A program made the position numbers and the translations under genes. This document shows positions 50,303-60,846 of a stretch of 64,000 bases of DNA, in pieces. The notes beneath the pieces are model-generated. The model was given only the letters and a program-made list of their open reading frames with translations. It searched no databases and was not told the DNA's origin. This DNA is from Candidatus Scalinduaceae bacterium (GTDB taxonomy: Bacteria > Planctomycetota > Brocadiia > Brocadiales > Scalinduaceae), in assembly GCA_046759445.1 (NCBI GenBank), contig JBHICG010000009.1, positions 10,927-74,926 on the forward strand, written 5' to 3'. The stretch's first letter is position 1. The number at the start of each line of letters is the position of its first letter.

Positions 50303-51325
50303 TTATAAATTATCTCTGAATTGTCCATGCGATTTGTAATATTTTATATCTTCCTCCACCATCTCCTGAACTAAGCTCTCAAATGACACTGTTGGTTTCC
50401 AGCCCAGTTTCTCCCTGGCTTTGGTGGCATCACCCAAGAGAACGTTGACTTCGGCGGGACGATAGAGACGTTCGTCAATCTCATAATGCTTAGTGTAGTC
50501 TAGACCAGCTATCTTAAAAGCGGTCTCAAGGAAATCCCTCACAGAATGGTTTTTGCCAGTAGCAACGACATAATCATCTGGTTCGTCTTGTTGCAACATT
50601 AACCATTGCGCATAAACATAATCTTTAGCATGTCCCCAATCCCGCTTTGCATCTAAGTTGCCAAGCTTAATCTTGCCAGTCATGCCAAACTTTATCATTG
50701 CCGCATGAGAACTTAGTTTTCTGGTTACAAATTCAAAACCCCTTCTCGGAGACTCATGGTTAAAGAGAATTCCTGATACACAAAACATTCCATAAGACTC
50801 ACGATAATTACGGGTAAGTTCAAAACCTGCCACCTTGGAAATGCCATAAGGTGAGCGAGGGTGGAAAGGAGTTTCCTCTGTTTGTGGAACTTCCTTGACC
50901 TTGCCGAACATTTCGCTTGAGCCGGCAAAATAGAATTTGCACTCTGGCATCCTCTTTTTGATTGCTGAGAGTACATAATGTGTACCATTTATGTTAGTCG
51001 ACATAGTGGAAAACTGATCATCGAATGAATAAGAGACGAAACTTTGAGCAGCAAGGTGGTAGCATTCGTCCGGCTTTACGGTATCCACTATGTCAAAAAT
51101 ACTGGGATAGCTTTCCAAAGTGCCAAAATGGAAATGGATACTATCTATCAGATGTTGGATGCGCGTCATACGATGTGTTGGGTCTTCCAGCGCTACGCGC
51201 CGAACAAGCCCGTGCACTTCATACCCTTTTTCCAATAATAGCTCAGCCAGATAGCTGCCGTCTTGTCCGGTGATTCCTGTGATTAAAGCACGTTTTTTTC
51301 TACCTATATTCACGTTTTCCTCCAA
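50303..51325 (-). CDS. gmd: GDP-mannose 4,6-dehydratase
   Basis: ITGITGQDGSYLAE, PRSPYGISK, ILFNHESPRRG, GNLDAKRDWGHA. Confidence 0.96.
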   Translation of the reverse strand: MEENVNIGRKKRALITGITGQDGSYLAELLLEKGYEVHGLVRRVALEDPTHRMTRIQHLIDSIHFHFGTLESYPSIFDIVDTVKPDECYHLAAQSFVSYSFDDQFSTMSTNINGTHYVLSAIKKRMPECKFYFAGSSEMFGKVKEVPQTEETPFHPRSPYGISKVAGFELTRNYRESYGMFCVSGILFNHESPRRGFEFVTRKLSSHAAMIKFGMTGKIKLGNLDAKRDWGHAKDYVYAQWLMLQQDEPDDYVVATGKNHSVRDFLETAFKIAGLDYTKHYEIDERLYRPAEVNVLLGDATKAREKLGWKPTVSFESLVQEMVEEDIKYYKSHGQFRDNL

Positions 51326-51394
51326 TCTTCATGTATCCACTATTCGCCTCAATTAAAACTATATCATTATTAACAAAAATAAATGCCTTATTAA

Positions 51395-52258
51395 TCAAGC
51401 TACATTTTTTTCTAAAATCTGCACAATTCTATCTATACCGTCTTCCCATGTAGGGATTGAAATACCTAATTCTTTAGAGATTTTTTTGTTTGACATACAT
51501 GTAAATAAGGGCCTTTTTGCTCTAGCCTTAAAAAACTTCATAGGAACAGGAATAACCAAATTCTCTAAGCCTAATTTAAGGACAAGATACCTTGCCAACT
51601 CATATCTTGATGCATAACCACTATTTGTTAAATGATACAATCCATTTAACCCTCTTTCCAGACTCAAAAGTGTTACATTAACAATATCCTCTGTATATGT
51701 GGGAACAGATACTTCATCACAACTAATCTTTAGAACTCGTCTTTTTTCTGCCCAGTTTAAAAATTTATATAAAAAATTCTGCTTTCCTTTCCCCATAACC
51801 CAGCTCAATCTAAATAGTAGAAATTCAGACAAGTGGTCTCTAACAATTTGTTCACCTTCAAGTTTACTTTTTCCATAAATGTTGAGAGGATTTGGCTCAT
51901 CATCTTCAGTATATAACGCTTGTTTTTTCCCATCAAAAACATAATCTGTACTGTAATGCACAAGAAAAATATTATTTTCTTTACAAAGCTCTGCTAAATT
52001 TCTCACAGCATTACTATTTACCATATAAGCCAACTCAGACTTCGCTTCAGCCTCATCTACTAAATTATAGGCGGCACAATTAATAATAACTGCTGGTCTC
52101 ACTCTATTTATCAGCTCTCTCATTTGCATGAAATTGGTAAAATCATATTCCTCTCGCTTAGGTGCAACATAATATAATCCTCTTCCAGAGAGTTTATTTT
52201 GAAACTCACTTCCTAACTGTCCAGTAGCTCCTATGACCAAAAATGTCTTATCTTTCAC
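51395..52258 (-). CDS. rfbD: dTDP-4-dehydrorhamnose reductase
   Basis: GATGQLG, INCAAY, STDYVFDG, YGKSK; probable GTG start at 52258. Confidence 0.94.
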   Translation of the reverse strand: MKDKTFLVIGATGQLGSEFQNKLSGRGLYYVAPKREEYDFTNFMQMRELINRVRPAVIINCAAYNLVDEAEAKSELAYMVNSNAVRNLAELCKENNIFLVHYSTDYVFDGKKQALYTEDDEPNPLNIYGKSKLEGEQIVRDHLSEFLLFRLSWVMGKGKQNFLYKFLNWAEKRRVLKISCDEVSVPTYTEDIVNVTLLSLERGLNGLYHLTNSGYASRYELARYLVLKLGLENLVIPVPMKFFKARAKRPLFTCMSNKKISKELGISIPTWEDGIDRIVQILEKNVA

Positions 52259-52811
52259 AATAAATAAAGTTATTTTCCGCTTTCTCAAATAAGGGTAATT
52301 GTGAATCTTTCTCTGACAATATAGGATTTTTTACAGGCCAGTCTATCTGTAATTTCGAATCATCCCAAAAAATACCTTTGTCGTATTCTGGTGCATATTC
52401 GTTTGTGCAATAATATATTACTTCAGCAGTATCAGATAACACACTAAAGCCATGGGCAAATCCTTCAGGGATATAGAGCATCATCTTATTCTCAGAAGAT
52501 AATTTTTTACTCATCCACCTCCCATACCAGGGAGACCCTTTACGCATATCTACAATAACATCAAATACTTCTCCCGTAACAACCCTAACAAATTTACCCT
52601 GAGCCATAGGGTTTAACTGATAATGTAAGCCTCTCAAAATGTTTTTCTTAGACCATGAATGGTTAACCTGAACAAATTGTTTATTAATTCCAATTTGCTT
52701 GAATTCAGAAGATTTGTAGATTTCTGCAAAAGCCCCCCTTTCATCACCATATGTCTTTGGTTCTATTAAAATAATATCCGGAATAGACAATTTTTCAAAT
52801 TTAAACGGCAT
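52248..52811 (-). CDS. rfbC: dTDP-4-dehydrorhamnose 3,5-epimerase
   Basis: DERGAF, RGLHYQ, QGKFVRV, PEGFAHGF, LSEKD. Confidence 0.96.
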   Translation of the reverse strand: MPFKFEKLSIPDIILIEPKTYGDERGAFAEIYKSSEFKQIGINKQFVQVNHSWSKKNILRGLHYQLNPMAQGKFVRVVTGEVFDVIVDMRKGSPWYGRWMSKKLSSENKMMLYIPEGFAHGFSVLSDTAEVIYYCTNEYAPEYDKGIFWDDSKLQIDWPVKNPILSEKDSQLPLFEKAENNFIYCER

Positions 52812-52814
52812 ATT

Positions 52815-53681
52815 CTATACTCCCTCCACTATTTTAAGCAAATAATCTCCATAGCTGGTATTAATTCTATTTGCAAGCCTTCTTAACTGTTTTTGTGAAA
52901 TATACTCCATTCTATATGCAATTTCTTCAATACAACCAATCTTTAATCCTTGCCTTTCCTCAACGGTCCTTATAAACATTGAAGCATCTATCAATGAATC
53001 ATAGGTTCCTGTATCAAGCCAGGCGTATCCACGCCCTAACAAATTAACCTTTAACTTATTTTTCTCTAAATATACTTTGTTCACGTCAGTAATTTCTAAT
53101 TCACCACGCTTTGAAGGTTCAATATTCTTGGCAACATCTACCACCTTGCTATCATAAAAATAGAGACCGGTTACAGCCCAATTCGATTTTGGCATCTTTG
53201 GTTTTTCTTCAATCGAGATAACACTATGTTTTTCGTCAAATTCAATCACGCCATATCTCTGTGGGTCACTTACATAATAACCAAAAACTGTTGCCCCTTG
53301 TTCTTGTCCAACCGCTCGTTTCAACTCACTAGATAATCCATGTCCAAAGAAAATATTATCACCTAAGATTAAGCAAACTCTTTCATTTCCCACAAACTTT
53401 TCTCCGATTATAAAAGCTTCTGCTATCCCCCCAGGCTTTTCTTGTTCTCTATAACTAATGGTAATCCCATAATCATTTCCATCGCCTAATAATATATTAA
53501 AATGAGGAAGTGCTTGAGGAGTAGAGATGACCAGAATATCCCTGATCCCTGCCAACATTAAGACTGCAAGAGGATAGTAAATCATAGGTTTATCATAGAC
53601 GGGAAGTAGTTGCTTACTCACTCCTTTTGTAATAGGATATAGTCTTGTAGCTCTGCCACCTGCTAAAATTATTCCTTTCAT
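52815..53681 (-). CDS. rfbA: Glucose-1-phosphate thymidylyltransferase
   Basis: [39 protein letters not shown]. Confidence 0.97.
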   Translation of the reverse strand: MKGIILAGGRATRLYPITKGVSKQLLPVYDKPMIYYPLAVLMLAGIRDILVISTPQALPHFNILLGDGNDYGITISYREQEKPGGIAEAFIIGEKFVGNERVCLILGDNIFFGHGLSSELKRAVGQEQGATVFGYYVSDPQRYGVIEFDEKHSVISIEEKPKMPKSNWAVTGLYFYDSKVVDVAKNIEPSKRGELEITDVNKVYLEKNKLKVNLLGRGYAWLDTGTYDSLIDASMFIRTVEERQGLKIGCIEEIAYRMEYISQKQLRRLANRINTSYGDYLLKIVEGV

Positions 53682-53881
53682 GTTTACTCCTTTTAATTTA
53701 GTTTAACGGCTCCTGATTCATAATCCCAGTTCATTTATTTTTGATCCTTGATGTTTGTCAAAGCCATTAAAATAAATATATAACACATCAAATGATCTTA
53801 TGCAAGAATGCAATTAAAATGCACTTTTAAGGAAAATGTTAATGTGATAATTCTTCATTTAAACTATCAAATAGCTTTCTG

Positions 53882-53909
53882 TTGACACATATATACAAAG
53901 TGGTATAAT
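53882..53909 (+). promoter_or_regulatory. Consensus sigma70 promoter for gspG-gspE
   Basis: TTGACA-N16-TATAAT with a TGn extended -10. Confidence 0.7.
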
Positions 53910-53967
53910 TCATTTAAATATGAATAGGAACGTTTCTTCAACAAAAACACAACAAAAATTAACTAAG

Positions 53968-54405
53968 ATGAAAAATACGATTACTCACAGGAAAAGGCAC
54001 AGTTTTGGTTTTACTTTGATAGAACTCATGGTTGTAATGGTTATCATAGGGCTTCTGGCTGCATTTATTGTTCCAAAATTGGTTGGAAAGGTAGCAGGGG
54101 CCAAACAAACAGCGGCAAAAGCACAAATCGAATTGTTTTCTACTGCGTTAGAATTATTCAAGTTAGATACAGGAAAGTATCCTACTCAAGAGTCTGGCCT
54201 AAAAGCCCTAATAAACAAGCCAACTGAGGTAGAAAGTTGGAAGGGACCATATTTAAGAAAAATCGTGATTCCCAAAGACCCTTGGAGAGCTGAATATGTG
54301 TATAAGTTTCCTGGAGAACATGGAGATTATGATATTAGTTCCCACGGAGCTGATGGAAGTGAGGGTGGAACTGGTGAAAATGCAGATATAGTAAGCTGGG
54401 AATAA
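53968..54405 (+). CDS. gspG: Type II secretion major pseudopilin
   Basis: G-FTLIELMVV prepilin site, YPTQESGLKAL, WKGPYL, PKDPW, GADGSEGGTGENADI. Confidence 0.95.
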   Translation: MKNTITHRKRHSFGFTLIELMVVMVIIGLLAAFIVPKLVGKVAGAKQTAAKAQIELFSTALELFKLDTGKYPTQESGLKALINKPTEVESWKGPYLRKIVIPKDPWRAEYVYKFPGEHGDYDISSHGADGSEGGTGENADIVSWE

Positions 54406-54452
54406 TCACAATTTAGTTCCTTTTAGTCACCAATTATCTGGGTATTTTATAA

Positions 54453-56117
54453 TTGGAAAATAAAAAAAACAAACTCATAGATGTCCTTTTGGAGATAGAC
54501 AAAATATCAAAAGTAGACGCTGAAAAGGTGGTTCATCTACAAGAAGAAACCCATGAAAGGGTTGACCGAATATTACTAAATTTAGGTATGATTTCTGAAG
54601 AAGATTTGAGAGAAGCATTTGGTAGACTATACAAGATACCGATATGGAAAAAGGAAAAGGGGCAAAAACACATTATAATTGATTCACTACCAAAGAGCTT
54701 TCTATATTCAAACAGGATATTACCATTAAAACAAGATGATGGTTGTATAGATATTGCACTAGCGGATCCTTCTGACGAATCGCTTATAGAAGTAATCGAG
54801 GAAACCACAAAAAGGAAAGTAAATGTCTTTATTGGTTGTGAAAAAGACATAATTACGTCAATCGACGAAGTATATAAAATTACAACAGAAGATACAGAAG
54901 ATAAGTTTACTTATGGAATTGGCGCTGACGTAGCTGATGACATAGAAAAACTAAAAGACTTGGCATTGGAAGCACCCGTTGTAAGGTTAGTCAATAATAT
55001 TCTTAATAAGGCTTTAGAAATAGGTGCAAGTGATATACATATAGAGATGTTTGAAAATATTCCGAGACTTAGATACAGACTTGATGGTGTCCTCAGAGAT
55101 TCAACACCTCCCTCACGCGAGTTATACTTTGCTACGATTAATCGAATCAAAATAATTTCAAACTTGAATATTGCCGAAAAAAGGCTCCCTCAAGATGGAA
55201 GAATACGATTAAAGGTTGGCGGTAATGAAATTGACCTCAGAGTATCTTTAATACCAATGTTGTACGGTGAAGGTATTGTACTGCGTATTTTGGATAAATC
55301 AAATGTAACATTAGATTTAAGCAAGCTTGGTTTCAAAAATGATGTACTCGAAAACATAAGAATACTTGTAAAAAAACATGAGGGTATGTTACTTGTAACA
55401 GGCCCTACAGGTAGTGGAAAGACTACTACCTTATATGCGGCACTAAAGGAAATAATATCACCTTCATTAAAAATATTAACTATTGAAGACCCTGTTGAGT
55501 ATAGTCTTGAGGGGGTTAACCAGATTCAGGTCAACCATAAGATAGGCCTTAACTTCACCACAGGATTGCGCTCTATCTTGAGACACGACCCAGACGTAAT
55601 CCTCGTAGGAGAAATCAGGGACAAGGATACTGCCAGCATCTCAGTACAATCAGCATTAACGGGACACCTGGTGCTTTCAACACTCCACACCAATAATTCT
55701 GCTTCCACATTTGGCAGATTACTCGATATGGGTATGAAAGATTATCTAATCTCTACTTGTATTATAGCCGTCCTTGCTCAGAGGCTGGTTAGAAGTCTTT
55801 GTAATTGCAAAAAGGAACTCAAAATGGATAAGGATACCAAAGCCAGAATGGGTTTGGTAAAAGACAATATTCTGTATCAACCTAATGGTTGTGATGAATG
55901 TGGTAACACAGGATATAAGGGAAGAATTGCCATTTCTGAATTACTTATAGTTAATGATAACATCAGAAAATTGATAGTCAATCATGAAGATTCAAACACA
56001 ATTGAACAAGAAGTCATCAAAAGTGGCATGAAAACACTCTGGCAGGATGGAATTGAAAATGTAGCAAATGGCTTAACCACCTTAAACGAACTGGAAAGGG
56101 TCATAGACACTGGATAA
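54453..56117 (+). CDS. gspE: Type II secretion ATPase
   Basis: ASDIHIE, RLPQDGR, GPTGSGKTTT, EDPVE, GEIRD, TGHLVLSTLHTN, Cys-rich zinc site. Confidence 0.93.
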   Translation: MENKKNKLIDVLLEIDKISKVDAEKVVHLQEETHERVDRILLNLGMISEEDLREAFGRLYKIPIWKKEKGQKHIIIDSLPKSFLYSNRILPLKQDDGCIDIALADPSDESLIEVIEETTKRKVNVFIGCEKDIITSIDEVYKITTEDTEDKFTYGIGADVADDIEKLKDLALEAPVVRLVNNILNKALEIGASDIHIEMFENIPRLRYRLDGVLRDSTPPSRELYFATINRIKIISNLNIAEKRLPQDGRIRLKVGGNEIDLRVSLIPMLYGEGIVLRILDKSNVTLDLSKLGFKNDVLENIRILVKKHEGMLLVTGPTGSGKTTTLYAALKEIISPSLKILTIEDPVEYSLEGVNQIQVNHKIGLNFTTGLRSILRHDPDVILVGEIRDKDTASISVQSALTGHLVLSTLHTNNSASTFGRLLDMGMKDYLISTCIIAVLAQRLVRSLCNCKKELKMDKDTKARMGLVKDNILYQPNGCDECGNTGYKGRIAISELLIVNDNIRKLIVNHEDSNTIEQEVIKSGMKTLWQDGIENVANGLTTLNELERVIDTG

Positions 56118-56118
56118 T

Positions 56119-57321
56119 TCAGAATGAGACCTCATTGATACTGAATATTGCACTTAACATGGATATAACAATTAATCCTATTGCACATCCCATGATCAGT
56201 ATCAGGATTGGCTCAATCAGAGATACGAACCTCTTAGTCCTCTGTTCAATATCTATATCCAGATTGTCTGCTACCCTTATAAACATTTCGTCCAGTTTTC
56301 CTGTTTCCTCACCAACGGTAAGTAAATGAATGGCAATCCCCGGGAAAAATGACTTTGCACCCAGAGGGTGTATTAATCCTTTTCCAGCTTTAATTTCAGG
56401 TTTCACTTCGTTTATTATTCCTGATAAAAATGAATTAGCAAGCACACCCTTTGAAATATCAATAGAACTCAATAGTGGCACTCCATTTTCAAGTAAAGTC
56501 CCCAATGTTCTCGCAAAACGAGATACATCAACCCTCCACAATATATCACCGATTATGGGAATATGAATCTTTTTTTTGTCTATGTTCAACTTGATTCCAC
56601 TCTGCTTTTTTAACCACTTAAATAGAAAGACAACACCAAACAAAAAAAAGATAATAATCCAACCGTATTTCATTAATACGTTATTCATATTAATCATAAT
56701 TTGTGTAGAAAGCGGTAGTGCAATACCAATTTCTTGAAAAACAGTTGAGAATTTCGGGATTACAAACAGGATCATGGCCGCTACAGATAATAAGCCAAAT
56801 AAGACTAAAAAGATTGGATATATGAGCGATGATATTACTTCAGTTCTTACCCTTTGCATCCTTTCCATAAAAGAGCCTAAACGTTTTAATACTTGTGGCA
56901 GGGCACCACTTTCTTCCCCTGCTCGAACCATGCTTACATAAACGTTAGAAAATATATTCTGAAATGGTGAGATTGATTCTGCAAAAGATTTACCATCTTT
57001 TATCCCACCAAGAATATCTATAACTAATTTTTTGAACTGATTATTTTCCTGGACATCTGAGAGTATTTTTAAACTTCTATCCAGAGAAATACCACTTTCG
57101 AGCAATATACCAAGCTCTTGGGTAAACGAGATACTTGCTTTTTTTGTAAAGCGGTCTGAGAATACCCATAGTCCCTTTGAGTCTTCAATCTCCTGTACTT
57201 TCAAGACAATATAACCAGACTTCTTCAGGTAATCTACTAACTCTATCTTGCTTTCTGCGGTCCTCTTACCCTCTATTACTGCGCTTCCTTTTGTCAAGAT
57301 GCGATATTTGAAAGTACTCAT
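56119..57321 (-). CDS. gspF: Type II secretion inner-membrane platform protein
   Basis: LLESGISL, AGEESGAL, YP, RFARTLGTLLENGVPL, VGEETGKL, IEP. Confidence 0.93.
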   Translation of the reverse strand: MSTFKYRILTKGSAVIEGKRTAESKIELVDYLKKSGYIVLKVQEIEDSKGLWVFSDRFTKKASISFTQELGILLESGISLDRSLKILSDVQENNQFKKLVIDILGGIKDGKSFAESISPFQNIFSNVYVSMVRAGEESGALPQVLKRLGSFMERMQRVRTEVISSLIYPIFLVLFGLLSVAAMILFVIPKFSTVFQEIGIALPLSTQIMINMNNVLMKYGWIIIFFLFGVVFLFKWLKKQSGIKLNIDKKKIHIPIIGDILWRVDVSRFARTLGTLLENGVPLLSSIDISKGVLANSFLSGIINEVKPEIKAGKGLIHPLGAKSFFPGIAIHLLTVGEETGKLDEMFIRVADNLDIDIEQRTKRFVSLIEPILILIMGCAIGLIVISMLSAIFSINEVSF

Positions 57322-57327
57322 AACCTT

Positions 57328-58137
57328 TCACTTTTTCTGATCTATTGGCAATTGTTTAGGTGGCGATTTATCTAACATCTCTGTAAATGGGCCCGCACCT
57401 TTTCTAAAATTTTCGTCAACATCTTCGCTCATTGGTAGATTCTGAAATATTTCGTTTCTCTGATTCATATTAAACATTTCCATTCCCTCAGGTTGACGTG
57501 ACACCTCGCCCCCGGTAGTATAAAGTTTAACAACTATCTCCTCTCCTTCCCAATATAACTTTATATGGTCTGTCTCAATACTGGCAACCCTGTATCCTTC
57601 TATTTCATCTCCTTCTTCCACATACATAGTTCTTTTTTTACTACCACCACTCAATATGTTATTTATCAACGCCTTTTTGACATCTCCAGCAATAATTACC
57701 CCGTATAAGATAAACTTTCTTGTTTTTCTGGACAAAGTTCTCTTCTCTGGAATTTGTTTCTTATTTACTTTAATGGTCTGCGGTTTTATGATTTTTGTTA
57801 CCCATTCCTTTCTTTCAGGAGAAAAGATATTCCTCGTTGATACAATACCATAATCTCCTTCTCCTTGTAGCCTTTCCTCTGAAGATATTGCATAAATAGA
57901 ATTGATGTCTTTTGATACAACATCGACGTTTAGATTATCTATTACATCAGGTGTTTCTGAAATGTTCTCTGCCGGTGTGAAAGGATATAGCGAGATACTA
58001 ATAGCACATAATATTACTACAAAACAAATAAGTATAATGTTTATTAAAAACAACAAATATCTTGAACCATATAAAACCCTGAAGGGAATATGAATTATTG
58101 AATTTTTATGGTTTTGGATTAATTTCTTCACGCTCAT
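57328..58137 (-). CDS. GspC/PilP-like T2SS protein
   Basis: Single TM segment, RNIFSPER, LYGVIIAG...ALI, VEEGDEIEGYRVASI; T2SS context. Confidence 0.6.
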   Translation of the reverse strand: MSVKKLIQNHKNSIIHIPFRVLYGSRYLLFLINIILICFVVILCAISISLYPFTPAENISETPDVIDNLNVDVVSKDINSIYAISSEERLQGEGDYGIVSTRNIFSPERKEWVTKIIKPQTIKVNKKQIPEKRTLSRKTRKFILYGVIIAGDVKKALINNILSGGSKKRTMYVEEGDEIEGYRVASIETDHIKLYWEGEEIVVKLYTTGGEVSRQPEGMEMFNMNQRNEIFQNLPMSEDVDENFRKGAGPFTEMLDKSPPKQLPIDQKK

Positions 58138-58182
58138 TATAATTTTTCATATTCTGACAACATATATTCGGTGCCAATGCCA

Positions 58183-58809
58183 TTAAGTCCTGGCTTCAAG
58201 CTTTGCTATTGCAAAGAGAGTGATAGTGGCAGACACGCCCCTAAATGTATCAAATCCTGGCCCTCTTGTCGTATCAATACCTGGCCCCCTTAACTTAAGC
58301 TCATCTACAAAAATAAGCTTCTCGTTTTCGTATTCAACATTATAAAGAAATGACTGAATCTTCTTTACCTTGTCAACATCATTAACAGTAAATATTGCAT
58401 AAACAAGCATCAATTTCGGTTCTTCATTAATAATCTCACCTTTTCTAGCAGAACTTCTAGAAACTATAAGTCCATTCCTCCTGGCAACATTTTTTACAAA
58501 TTCCTGGAATTTTGCCTGAGCCAGATCTTCGGTTTTACTCAAAAACAATCTATTCTCAATGGAATTAGAAGACGCCCTCAACTCATTAAGTTTCTGTTTA
58601 TATGTTTCTTCCATGCCAATGATGGAATAATACTTCATTATTAAGTCCTTTTTTAAAGCCAATTCGTCATCCAATTTTTTCATTGAATGATATAAAGGAC
58701 TAAAGAGCAATCTGTCGAGTATTATTACAATAAGTATAAATGCGGCTATGGCCAAGAAAACGACGGATCTTCTATTTAGTCTATTCAGGAATTGTCCAAT
58801 TGTGTTCAT
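58183..58809 (-). CDS. GspM/PilO-like T2SS protein
   Basis: N-terminal TM segment, coiled coil, ferredoxin-like C-terminus; overlaps the upstream GspL-like gene. Confidence 0.6.
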   Translation of the reverse strand: MNTIGQFLNRLNRRSVVFLAIAAFILIVIILDRLLFSPLYHSMKKLDDELALKKDLIMKYYSIIGMEETYKQKLNELRASSNSIENRLFLSKTEDLAQAKFQEFVKNVARRNGLIVSRSSARKGEIINEEPKLMLVYAIFTVNDVDKVKKIQSFLYNVEYENEKLIFVDELKLRGPGIDTTRGPGFDTFRGVSATITLFAIAKLEART

Positions 58810-60044
58810 TTTGTATTACCTTTTATCTTAAATTTTTCCTTCCCCTTGCGATCCTTTATAACAGAAGACGTAAACCTCACCTGACTGAAAAATGGTGAGT
58901 TTTCAAGTAACGCTAACACGTTTGCTCCAGACAACCCAATCCCTTCCATCTCAAAATAACCTCTCTTAATTGACAGCTGTTTAACCCATGTATCATCGGG
59001 AAGAACCCTGGTAAGTTCAGCAAATAGATCTATTCTACGATTATCAAGATTAACAATTTCATTCAGTTTACGTGTCTCTTTAAAAATATTATCTATCTCA
59101 TTCTCCAATCTATTTATTTTATCTACATCAGGGCGCAACTCCTGAAGTCTTGAGTCTATTGCCTTTATGGCCAGCTCTCTTTTATATTTTATGATGTAAG
59201 GCATTACAAATGCAAAGGCAAAAATTAATAATGATAGAACACCAGCTAGTATCAATTGATGTGTAAACTTATTCCTCTTTACTTTTAAAACATTAAAATC
59301 TCTTATATATTCTGATACTCCATTTATTGCTGCGCCCAGTGATTCTTTGGTTTTCTCCCATAATTCCACTTCTATGTCATCTTTACAAAAATCAACAAGA
59401 TAATCATCTTCTTTATTTAATAAAACCACTTTATCTGGTTTATATTCAACAATCTTTTCCCTTAAGAGTTCCTCATTTCTTATCAAAGACGTGTTTACAA
59501 GGACTGATTCCATATAAAAGTTAAATACATAGAAATCTCTACATTTACAAATAGTCGCCAGCTTACTATGATTAACAAGAGGGACAAAAGAAAGAGGTGA
59601 GATTACAACTCGACTAGGACTGATATTTAGTAATTCAAGTTTTGACAGCAGATCATCCAGGTCTTCTCTTTTAACGGCAAAAATAAAAGCCTTTTCACCA
59701 TGCTCACTCGTTTTTGAAGGATAGATGTCATAATATATTTCATCTTCAGAATAAAGAACAAAGCTGTCAAGCTGATATAAAATAGATTCTTTTAATTCTT
59801 TAATGCTTGAATATGGTAGTTCAATTTCTCTTGCTATAGTCTTTTCTCTTGGCCATGACAACACAATCTCTCTCGCCTGATAACCTTCAGCATCTATTAT
59901 CAATTTTGTCTCCAGAGAGTCCTTGATTAGAAAATCCTTAATAACAATGTTTTCAGAGGTACATTTTGCTAGTTTCTGAGACACCCTTGAAATTATCAAG
60001 TCATTCTCATGTAAAGATAATCCAATGCTTTTTGGAAAAAACAT
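58806..60044 (-). CDS. GspL/PilN-like T2SS protein
   Basis: Cytoplasmic domain, TM segment, coil, ELTRVLPDDTWV...LENSPFFSQVRF (PilN-like). Confidence 0.75.
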   Translation of the reverse strand: MFFPKSIGLSLHENDLIISRVSQKLAKCTSENIVIKDFLIKDSLETKLIIDAEGYQAREIVLSWPREKTIAREIELPYSSIKELKESILYQLDSFVLYSEDEIYYDIYPSKTSEHGEKAFIFAVKREDLDDLLSKLELLNISPSRVVISPLSFVPLVNHSKLATICKCRDFYVFNFYMESVLVNTSLIRNEELLREKIVEYKPDKVVLLNKEDDYLVDFCKDDIEVELWEKTKESLGAAINGVSEYIRDFNVLKVKRNKFTHQLILAGVLSLLIFAFAFVMPYIIKYKRELAIKAIDSRLQELRPDVDKINRLENEIDNIFKETRKLNEIVNLDNRRIDLFAELTRVLPDDTWVKQLSIKRGYFEMEGIGLSGANVLALLENSPFFSQVRFTSSVIKDRKGKEKFKIKGNTK

Positions 60045-60110
60045 TTCTTATAAAGGTTTCCTCTCTTGGTCTAGATACCAGACATAATTATGCGTTTTTA
60101 TAATAACCTT

Positions 60111-60599
60111 TCAATCCTTCTTTCCTTCTGGTCTGCAATCCCAGTCACTCCATACGGCCCAATAAACGGCCTTTTTACCATCCTTAAGCCAGAACATTGT
60201 ACCATCCCTTGTGCGTTCACACTTATGATTGCCAAATGTTCTTATATGTATTTCCTTTATGTCACTTTCAACGTAATATTCTACCTGATGCCATTCAAAT
60301 GGCGACTTATCAACAATTTCCCATAACTCTATGTCATCCATTCTAATATCATTTGAGTCGTATTTACTTTTTTCCACAACAACTTCGTATCTTATACGGT
60401 CTTCTACCACGATCCATTCCATCTCAGGTGCATCTGGTTGAACCTTTTTTGGGAGCTTACTTTTATCTAGATTAAAAACATCTATATGTTGCGCACCAAC
60501 TATCTTACATTTAAAAACACTTAAACCGGTAAAAAAAATATTTATGATTAAAAAAAAACTCACAACCGGTAAAATCTTAATCCTTGACAAACTTGACAT
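60111..60599 (-). CDS. Hypothetical exported protein
   Basis: 162 aa, hydrophobic N-terminus, AAGGA RBS. Confidence 0.6.
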   Translation of the reverse strand: MSSLSRIKILPVVSFFLIINIFFTGLSVFKCKIVGAQHIDVFNLDKSKLPKKVQPDAPEMEWIVVEDRIRYEVVVEKSKYDSNDIRMDDIELWEIVDKSPFEWHQVEYYVESDIKEIHIRTFGNHKCERTRDGTMFWLKDGKKAVYWAVWSDWDCRPEGKKD

Positions 60600-60638
60600 T
60601 AACTTTTCCTTTCATTCATTAAATGTTAAAATAAATGT

Positions 60639-60837
60639 AATTAGAATCTGTTGCGGAAACGCGGTTTTGTCATCCTGAACTTGTTTCAGGATCTCTTAAC
60701 ATATTGATACATATAGATTCTGAAATAAATTCAGGTGTGATTCTACTCAACGTGTAGAATCACTTAAGTAATTCTGCTGTTGTGGAATTACCAATGACAC
60801 CTTTGGATATTTGGGCTTTCCGCAACAGATACTAATT
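60639..60837. mobile_element. MITE-like element, family 1, copy 2 (with nested insert)
   Basis: AATTAGAATCTGTTGCGGAAA / TTTCCGCAACAGATACTAATT terminal inverted repeats; core GTCATCCTGAACTTGTTTCAGGATCT...AATGAC. Confidence 0.75.
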
Positions 60838-60846
60838 ATAATAAAA

